Below, piece after piece: positions 57,750-64,000 of a stretch of 64,000 nt of DNA; the first letter of the stretch is position 1, and each line of letters opens with the position of its first letter. Under the pieces are notes generated by a model, which saw only the letters and a program-made list of their open reading frames with translations, was not told the origin of the DNA and made no database searches. Position numbers and translations under genes: made by a program. Source of the DNA: an uncultured Syntrophaceae bacterium (GTDB taxonomy: Bacteria > Desulfobacterota > BSN033 > UBA1163); NCBI GenBank assembly GCA_964390545.1, contig CAYMJV010000001.1, positions 30,282-94,281 of the forward strand. Direction: 5' to 3'.

Positions 57750-59031
57750 CGCAATAATTGAAACCCAATCGCTTCATCTGATCCGGGTCATAGACATTTC
57801 TGAGATCGATGAAAATTGGCGTTTTTAGCAGCGTTTTGATACGTTGGAGATCGAGTCGCCGAAATTGGTTCCACTCCGTTGCAAGAACCAGGGCATCAGA
57901 TCCTTTGGCCACATCGTAGGGGTCCCTCCCATACTCCACCTCAGGGAGAACGGCTTTGGCCTCATCAATGGCCGCTGGGTCAAAGGCTTTCACCTTAGCC
58001 CCCATGGCTAACAGATCTCCGATGATGACCATCGAGCTCGATTCCCTGATATCATCCGTATTGGGCTTGAAGGAGAGACCTAAAATGCCGATGGTCTTTC
58101 CTCGAAGGTCCCCCACTTTCTCTTGGATCTTCACCACCATTCTCTTCTTCTGTTCTTCATTGACCCGGATGACAGAGTCCAGTATTTTGAAAGAATATCC
58201 CCTTTCCTGAGCCATCCGCGATAAGGCACGGGTGTCTTTCGGGAAACAGGAACCACCATAACCCGGACCCGGATGGAGAAACTTCTTCCCAATCCTTCCA
58301 TCCAAGCCCATGGCCCTGGCCACATGGTGCACATCAGCCCCCATCCTTTCACAGAGATTGGCAATCTCGTTGATGAAACTCACCTTGGTTGCCAAGAAGG
58401 CGTTGGCGGCGTACTTGATCATCTCGGCTGTCTCAAGACCGGTAATCACGAAGGGCGTCTCAATGAGATAGAGGGCACTGTAAATATCTTTCATGATGGC
58501 GATGGCCTGCTCACTCTCGGCACCGATGGTCACTCGATCAGGCCGCATGAAATCTTCAATGGCGGACCCTTCTCGCTGAAATTCAGGATTGGAGACAATG
58601 TCAAAAGCAATGGGTTGAGTCTGATGGTCTTGGATCAGCTTTTTCAGGCGACGGGCCGTTCCCACAGGAACTGTGGACTTGATGACGATCACCTTGTAGC
58701 CATTCATCGATCGGCCGATCTGTTTAGCCACCTCCTCCGCGGCCTGAAGGTCTGCGGACCCGTCCTCATGGGAAGGAGTGCCCACCGCGATGAAAACGAC
58801 CAGACTCGATTTGACTCCCTCTTCGATGCTGGTGGAGAAGGAAAGCCTTCCCTCCCTCATATTCTTGACGACCAAACCCTCCAGCCCGGGTTCGTAAATG
58901 GGAATGGTCCCCTGCTTGAGAAGATTAATCTTCACTTGATCATTATCCACACAGATCAAGCTCATCCCAAATTCAGCCAAACAAGCCCCTGTTACTAACC
59001 CCACATAACCCGTTCCGATGACACAAATATT
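57736..59031 (-). CDS. ugd: UDP-glucose 6-dehydrogenase / nucleotide-sugar dehydrogenase
   Basis: N-terminal GTGYVGL Rossmann motif, catalytic GGSCFPKD and family length. Confidence 0.85.
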   Translation of the reverse strand, partial: NICVIGTGYVGLVTGACLAEFGMSLICVDNDQVKINLLKQGTIPIYEPGLEGLVVKNMREGRLSFSTSIEEGVKSSLVVFIAVGTPSHEDGSADLQAAEEVAKQIGRSMNGYKVIVIKSTVPVGTARRLKKLIQDHQTQPIAFDIVSNPEFQREGSAIEDFMRPDRVTIGAESEQAIAIMKDIYSALYLIETPFVITGLETAEMIKYAANAFLATKVSFINEIANLCERMGADVHHVARAMGLDGRIGKKFLHPGPGYGGSCFPKDTRALSRMAQERGYSFKILDSVIRVNEEQKKRMVVKIQEKVGDLRGKTIGILGLSFKPNTDDIRESSSMVIIGDLLAMGAKVKAFDPAAIDEAKAVLPEVEYGRDPYDVAKGSDALVLATEWNQFRRLDLQRIKTLLKTPIFIDLRNVYDPDQMKRLGFNYCGVGR

Positions 59032-59054
59032 CATCATTTACTCCGTTTCTTGGA

Positions 59055-59178
59055 CTAATACAAACGCATTTATTTTTTGACATGAGGCCCCCTCACCCTC
59101 CCCTCTCCCCGTTGGGGAGAGGGATGGGGTGAGGGGCGAATCCGTTGAGGGTAATGAGATTTAACGCGTTTGTATTAG
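59055..59178. mobile_element. MITE-like element: 13-bp perfect TIRs (CTAATACAAACGC / GCGTTTGTATTAG) enclosing the 46-nt G-rich palindrome CCCCTCACCCTCCCCTCTCCCC-gtt-GGGGAGAGGGATGGGGTGAGGGG
   Basis: Both inverted repeats read directly. A near-identical palindrome at 61368-61416 has different AT-rich inverted flanks. Confidence 0.5.
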
Positions 59179-59224
59179 ATGAAATGTATAATGGGTTTAT
59201 GAAAATTGCAAGATAAAAAGACCT

Positions 59225-60088
59225 TCAGGCCCGCTCTGAGTAGGACGAAAGATAATCTTTCAGGGCTTCCACCCATGGCCTCAAGGTCAACCCCGTTTCT
59301 CGTTTCAACTTCTCGGTATCCAAAACGGAGTAAGCAGGGCGGACAGCCGAGTAGGCTAGTTCTTTGGAGGAAATGGGAACGACCTTTACCCCTTCTATCC
59401 CCGATAGTTTTAAAATCGTTCGAGCGTAGTGATACCAGGTACAGGAATCACTGTTAGCGACATTAAAAATCCCCCGGGCCTTCCGCTCAATCAGAAGGGC
59501 AATCGCCTGGGATAGATCGAGGGTGTAGGTAGGTGAGCCAACCTGGTCATTGACGACCGAGAGCACGTCTTTCTCTCTGGCCTGGCGCAGGATGGAGGCA
59601 ACAAAATTTTTCCCATACTTCCCATAGAGCCACTGGGTCCGGACGATTAGAGCATCCTTCACCAGTTCCTGTACATATTGTTCCCCCTTCCATTTGGAGC
59701 GACCATAGACATTGAGGGGATTGGGAGGATCCTCCTCGAGATAGGGGCTCCCTTTTCTCCCATCGAAGATGTAGTCCGTGCTGAGGGTGACGACTTTTGC
59801 TCCGCATGTCGCCGCCCCTAAGGCCACATGCTTCATCCCCTCCGCATTGGTGGCGAAGGCTTTCTTTTCATTCAATTCACATCCGTCCACATCGGTATAC
59901 GCCGCCAAATGGAAGATCACGCCAGGCTCGAGATTTCTGATCTGGGTGACCGTGCTTCTTTCTTCCCGGATATCGATCTCTTCCACATCCCATCCAGTGA
60001 TCTCATCCTTGGGGAAAGAGGACCGGAGCGTTTCGACCAGGTCTCTTCCCAACATCCCTTTGGCGCCAATCACTAAGATCCTTTTCAT
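59225..60088 (-). CDS. rmlD: dTDP-4-dehydrorhamnose reductase
   Basis: RmlD signature (ILVIGAKGMLG; STDYIFDG; YGRSK). Confidence 0.85.
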   Translation of the reverse strand: MKRILVIGAKGMLGRDLVETLRSSFPKDEITGWDVEEIDIREERSTVTQIRNLEPGVIFHLAAYTDVDGCELNEKKAFATNAEGMKHVALGAATCGAKVVTLSTDYIFDGRKGSPYLEEDPPNPLNVYGRSKWKGEQYVQELVKDALIVRTQWLYGKYGKNFVASILRQAREKDVLSVVNDQVGSPTYTLDLSQAIALLIERKARGIFNVANSDSCTWYHYARTILKLSGIEGVKVVPISSKELAYSAVRPAYSVLDTEKLKRETGLTLRPWVEALKDYLSSYSERA

Positions 60089-60295
60089 TTCCACGATGAA
60101 TCTAGGATATCATCCTGTTGTTTACGTGTGCAGATGGTTCCCTTGGAAAATAAATCCGAAGCACGAAATCCGAATTTCGAAACAATATCAAAATAACAAA
60201 TTCAAATGTCCCAAACTTTTCTTGAGTTTTGAACATTGGAGATTCGGATTTGTTTCGAACTTCGATATTCGAATTTCGGATTTAAGAGGAATGCC

Positions 60296-61312
60296 TTACC
60301 TATTTCCATACATCCGCTCGTAATACTGAAGGTATTCCCCTGTCTTGATCTTCCTCCACCATTCCTGATGAGTCCTGTACCACTCAACGGTCAGGTGAAC
60401 CCCTTCTTCAAAAGAGACGGTGGGCTTCCATCCCAGTTCTCTCTCGATTTTGGAGAAATCCATCGCATATCTTCGGTCGTGGCCTGGGCGGTCCTTTACA
60501 AACCGGATGAGAGAATGAGGTTTACTGAGCTGGTCCAAAACCGTCTTCACCACTTCCAAATTCGGCTTTTCACTCCGACCTCCTATGTTGTAAACTTCCC
60601 CGTCTTTCCCACGGTGAAGAACCCTATCCAATGCCCGACAGTGATCCTCTACATAGATCCAGTCCCTGACATTCATCCCGTCTCCATAAATGGGAAGTTC
60701 CTTATCTTCAATCGCATTTGAGATCAATAGAGGAATGAGTTTTTCTGGAAATTGATAGGGCCCATAATTATTGGAACATCGTGTGATGGAAGCGGGGAGG
60801 CCATACGTGTGATAGTAGGCCCTGACTAACATATCCGCAGCAGTCTTGCTGGCCGAGTAGGGGCTGTTGGGTGCGAGAGGGGTTTCTTCAGTAAAGGCCC
60901 CTGTCTCCCCAAGGGACCCATAGACTTCGTCCGTCGAGATATGGACGATCCGGATCTTCTGTTTTGGGAAAACCTTCCGGACCGCTTCCAAAAGCACAAA
61001 CGTGCCAAAGACATTTGTCTTCATAAAGGTACTGGGGTCTTCGATCGATCGATCAACATGGGATTCAGCCGCAAAGTTGACGATGGCATCCACCCCCTCC
61101 CGGATGATCGCTTCCATCTGGGGCGCCTCAGCAATATCCGTCTTGATGAAACGGTACCGAGGGGAAGAAGCAAGATCGGCGAGGTTCTCCAAATTCCCGG
61201 CATAGGTTAATTTGTCCACATTGAGGATGGAATAACTTGGATAACCCTTTAAAATATAACGAACGAAATTACTCCCAATGAACCCACAACCACCTGTTAC
61301 TAAGATCTTCAT
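60296..61312 (-). CDS. rmlB: dTDP-glucose 4,6-dehydratase
   Basis: TGGCGFIGSN, YSASK and overall RmlB length and signature. Confidence 0.9.
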   Translation of the reverse strand: MKILVTGGCGFIGSNFVRYILKGYPSYSILNVDKLTYAGNLENLADLASSPRYRFIKTDIAEAPQMEAIIREGVDAIVNFAAESHVDRSIEDPSTFMKTNVFGTFVLLEAVRKVFPKQKIRIVHISTDEVYGSLGETGAFTEETPLAPNSPYSASKTAADMLVRAYYHTYGLPASITRCSNNYGPYQFPEKLIPLLISNAIEDKELPIYGDGMNVRDWIYVEDHCRALDRVLHRGKDGEVYNIGGRSEKPNLEVVKTVLDQLSKPHSLIRFVKDRPGHDRRYAMDFSKIERELGWKPTVSFEEGVHLTVEWYRTHQEWWRKIKTGEYLQYYERMYGNR

Positions 61313-61367
61313 TGCTCGCTCCCACTCATTTCAAAATTCCAAATCCCAAATAAATTCCAAACTTTAA

Positions 61368-61416
61368 ATTCAAATGACCCCCTCACCCCACCCTCTCCCC
61401 TTTGGGGAGAGGGCAA
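61368..61416. repeat. G-rich 46-nt palindrome (CCCCTCACCCCACCCTCTCCCC-ttt-GGGGAGAGGGCAAGGGTGAGGGG) with AT-rich inverted flanks (AAATTCCAAAC / GTTTGGAATTT) between rmlC and rmlB
   Basis: Read directly. Paralogue of the element at 59088-59136. Confidence 0.6.
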
Positions 61417-61463
61417 GGGTGAGGGGATTTTCAATTTACTGTTTGGAATTTGGTGCTTCTATT

Positions 61464-61919
61464 TCATCCATCTTTCCTCGACCAATCATAGGGGATATCT
61501 GTTTCGTGGGGAGGAAGGCGGTATTCATCCGGTGTGCGATAGGCATAGACCTCTGTTGGGATGTTGATGATGATGGCTTCCTCCTCGCTGATGCATTTCC
61601 ACCCGTGGTAGATTCCATGGGGCACTTGAACCAACAACGAGTTATGGACTCCGATGAAGAACTCATTGACTTCTCTTTTGGTTGGAGAGTTTTCCCGCGG
61701 ATCGTAAAGCACCAGCTTGATCATTCCCTGGACGGCAACGATGTGATCTGTCTGGACTTTGTGATAATGCCAGGCCTTCACGACCTGAGGATAGGTCGTC
61801 GTGATATAGATCTGTCCAAACTTTAGAAAAAGTTCATCGTCTGCCCTGAGGATCTCCATCACTCGTCCCCGCTCATCGGGAATCACCTTCAATGATTTCG
61901 TTCTTACACCATGTATCAT
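61464..61919 (-). CDS. rmlC: dTDP-4-dehydrorhamnose 3,5-epimerase
   Basis: RmlC cupin motifs (RGxM; HYH; VPxGxxHGW). RBS GGAGG lies before the ATG at 61919. Confidence 0.85.
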   Translation of the reverse strand: MIHGVRTKSLKVIPDERGRVMEILRADDELFLKFGQIYITTTYPQVVKAWHYHKVQTDHIVAVQGMIKLVLYDPRENSPTKREVNEFFIGVHNSLLVQVPHGIYHGWKCISEEEAIIINIPTEVYAYRTPDEYRLPPHETDIPYDWSRKDG

Positions 61920-62082
61920 TGCCTTGCCTCCATTCGTGCGATCTAAAATAAATCCGTCAACTAAATTCCAAATGTCTAAGTTCAAATGTCAAATCAAATC
62001 CCAATTTCAAATGTCAAAAGTTTCGTAACTTCAAACTTTGACATTCATTTGTCATTTGGATTTTGTCATTTGACATTATCTT

Positions 62083-62811
62083 TCATGGATTGTTGGCTCC
62101 TGTCTGGGCGACCAATTGGTTTGCCCGGAGAAGGGAGTCAAATGTTCCTGCGTCGGTCCACCATCCCTCTAAGATATCCCAGGTCATCAATCCCTTTTCA
62201 ATATACTGATTGTTCACATCCGTAATCTCTAACTCCCCCCGGCCGGAAGGTTTGAGGGTTTTGATGATATCGAAAACCGCTGCATCATAGAAATAGATTC
62301 CGATCACCGCATAGGGAGATTTTGGAACCTTCGGCTTCTCCTCCACCCGGACCACCCGATCTCCTTTCAACTCCGGAACTCCAAATCGCTGGGGGTCAGG
62401 AACCTCCTTGAGCAGGATCTTCGCCCCGCCTTTCTGCTTGCGAAACGCCTTTGCAGCCTTTTGGACATTCTTTTCAATAAGATTATCTCCCAAGACGACG
62501 CAGATCCTGTCCCCCGCGGCGAAGAATTCTGCTAAATTCAGGGCCTCGGCAATCCCGCCCTCTCCCTCTTGATAGGTGTAGTTGATGTGTTTGAGACCAA
62601 ATTCCTTTCCATTCCCTAATAACTTTAGAAAATCACCGGCACTATTTCCACCGGTGACGATGAGGATATCGTCAATCCCTGCGTTGATGAGGGTCTGAAT
62701 GGGATAGTAAATCATCGGCTTCTCATAGACTGGCAGGAGATGTTTATTGGTCACCTTTGTCAATGGATAGAGTCGGGTCCCTAACCCCCCTGCCAAAATG
62801 ACTCCCTTCAT
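62083..62811 (-). CDS. rmlA: Glucose-1-phosphate thymidylyltransferase (short form)
   Basis: MKGVILAGGLGTRLYPLT and the rest of the nucleotidyltransferase signature. Lies in rmlACBD order. Confidence 0.8.
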   Translation of the reverse strand: MKGVILAGGLGTRLYPLTKVTNKHLLPVYEKPMIYYPIQTLINAGIDDILIVTGGNSAGDFLKLLGNGKEFGLKHINYTYQEGEGGIAEALNLAEFFAAGDRICVVLGDNLIEKNVQKAAKAFRKQKGGAKILLKEVPDPQRFGVPELKGDRVVRVEEKPKVPKSPYAVIGIYFYDAAVFDIIKTLKPSGRGELEITDVNNQYIEKGLMTWDILEGWWTDAGTFDSLLRANQLVAQTGANNP

Positions 62812-62852
62812 TTTCTTCTCCTCCTGTCCCTCTGTGTTCATCAGAGGAATTT

Positions 62853-64000
62853 TTAAAAACCCAACGCATAGGGTTTAAGGCCATACGCACCCAAATTGAG
62901 CAATTGGAGGTAGACCTGGACCTTGAGTTCCTTTTCCTGAGTCCCGTCGGGAGATCTGCCCCTATCCTCCACGGCAAGGCCTAGGGTCCAACACTGGGCC
63001 TTGTATTCCAATCCATAGACATTCTCCACCTTCCAATGATCCACTAAGTTATATCGCATTGAGCCAAAAAGATGCAATGGGTCAATCGTCCTCACCCTTG
63101 CAGCGAGATTGATCTCTTTAACGCTGTCTTTAGTATATCGATATTGAACCTGAATCGCATCGTTTCTCCGGTCTTTCCCCGTGATCAAAAAATTGAATAC
63201 TTCAAAATTCCCACGATAAGGGCTGAACCCAGCATCCCATTGGGCAGATAGGAAGGGACTGAAATTCCACCAAAGTTCTGCTTGAATATTTGAAAAATAT
63301 CTTCCCTTGCCTTTAGAGTCTCTTTCGTAAGGATCTCCCAAGCTGTAACTCTGGAAGATATCCAACCGGGCATATTCATAGGGAGCTGTTTCTTTTTCTT
63401 GCTTGACCTGTTTTCCCAAAAGGCGCTGAACAATTCCATAGGTGATCTTATTAGAATACGGGAGCCGGTCCACTTCGTCGAAGACTGGCAGGTCGTTCTG
63501 GTTCACCCGGGGGCTGTAAAGATAGCCGATTTTGGGTTCGACCGTGTGCATCCATTTATTCACTTTGAAGAAATCGGATATTTTTGAATTCTCCCCCCAG
63601 TCAAAGACCCGGTAGAATTCAGTGGACGCCTCCGCACCTGCTTCAAAGGTCTCTCTCGATTCCCATGGATCAAATCGGTCCGCCCGATCATGAGTGGGTC
63701 GATAAAGCGTTTCCCTTCCTCCCACATGGGGTTCCATTTTCAAAACATCGAAGACCCTCACCGGGTATGAAATACTTGGAAAAAAATCCCACCGGTGAGC
63801 ATTGACACCCCTCTCCCGCCAGAAGTTGTTATAGCTGGATGTCAAGTCATAGAAGAGAGGGGTCTTCCAAAGAGACTGAGGATGAGCAAAAAAACCGATC
63901 TGGGGAAGCTTCTGAATGGTTTCATCGTTGCTTTCTTTTGACAGATCATCGAAAACTGCTGTGTTCATCAAAAGACTGTATCGATCCCAGTTCTTCCCTC
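62853..64000 (-). CDS. lptD: LPS-assembly protein LptD, C-terminal beta-barrel part (gene continues beyond window end)
   Basis: Beta-barrel character with alternating aromatics and a C-terminal ...YALGF. The ORF-track start at 63971 is just the first Met; family length is over 700 aa. Confidence 0.55.
   Translation of the reverse strand, partial: GKNWDRYSLLMNTAVFDDLSKESNDETIQKLPQIGFFAHPQSLWKTPLFYDLTSSYNNFWRERGVNAHRWDFFPSISYPVRVFDVLKMEPHVGGRETLYRPTHDRADRFDPWESRETFEAGAEASTEFYRVFDWGENSKISDFFKVNKWMHTVEPKIGYLYSPRVNQNDLPVFDEVDRLPYSNKITYGIVQRLLGKQVKQEKETAPYEYARLDIFQSYSLGDPYERDSKGKGRYFSNIQAELWWNFSPFLSAQWDAGFSPYRGNFEVFNFLITGKDRRNDAIQVQYRYTKDSVKEINLAARVRTIDPLHLFGSMRYNLVDHWKVENVYGLEYKAQCWTLGLAVEDRGRSPDGTQEKELKVQVYLQLLNLGAYGLKPYALGF

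Noticed and set aside
1-64000. CRISPR array
   Set aside because: The numerous repeats are palindromic and dispersed or paired, not regularly spaced direct repeats with unique spacers. No cas genes other than the stand-alone Cas4-like nuclease were found.
1-64000. tRNA / rRNA genes
   Set aside because: No cloverleaf-compatible segments with GTTCGAATC-type T-arm motifs were found on reading both strands, and no rRNA-like conserved blocks. The GC hairpins noticed are too short and symmetric for tRNAs.

Overview
This 64 kb window is a bacterial chromosomal segment with roughly 47-50% GC and about 65 genes. Rubrerythrin, a PerR-like regulator, a corrinoid-dependent methyltransferase module and a hemE-hemH-hemY operon point to an anaerobe or microaerophile.

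Gene content, 5' to 3':
- A Dpp/Opp-type ABC transporter (3' end of a binding-protein gene plus two permeases).
- A polar amino-acid ABC transporter, an aspartate racemase and a D-cysteine desulfhydrase-family enzyme.
- A long minus-strand operon in which a complete Opp/Dpp-like ABC transporter encloses a hydantoinase-family protein, a B12-binding corrinoid protein, two pyrrolysine-free MttB-superfamily methyltransferases and an MmgE/PrpD-family protein.
- A glycine-betaine-type ABC transporter, an opine-dehydrogenase-family gene, a class III aminotransferase and a PncA-like nicotinamidase.
- hemE-hemH-hemY, where hemY is conspicuously GC-rich and bounded by repeats.
- Leucyl aminopeptidase, a Cas4/RecB-like Fe-S PD-(D/E)XK nuclease, a family 4 uracil-DNA glycosylase and an Smr protein.
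- An oxidative-stress operon: PerR, rubrerythrin, Tpx, a TlpA-like thioredoxin-fold protein and a peroxiredoxin.
- A Mu GemA-like (DUF1018) gene translationally coupled to a membrane-anchored bifunctional-nuclease (DUF151)+PDZ protein.
- An accessory segment partitioned by repeats that holds a stand-alone DGQHR (DndB-like) protein.
- A periplasmic rhodanese with an in-frame TGA, a candidate selenoprotein.
- An LPS cluster: fabH, lpxL-like, trm112-like, gmhB, lpxH-like, ugd, rmlDBCA and lptD.

The intergenic DNA is unusually rich in small palindromic repeat families: GTAG-headed REP/BIME-like pairs, CCCCTC...GAGGGG G-rich palindromes (MITE-like), and a CCTGCCTGCCGCAGGCAGG palindrome present in three copies. 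No rRNA, tRNA or CRISPR array was recognised.

All functional calls rest on remembered family signatures in the translated ORFs. No database search was run.
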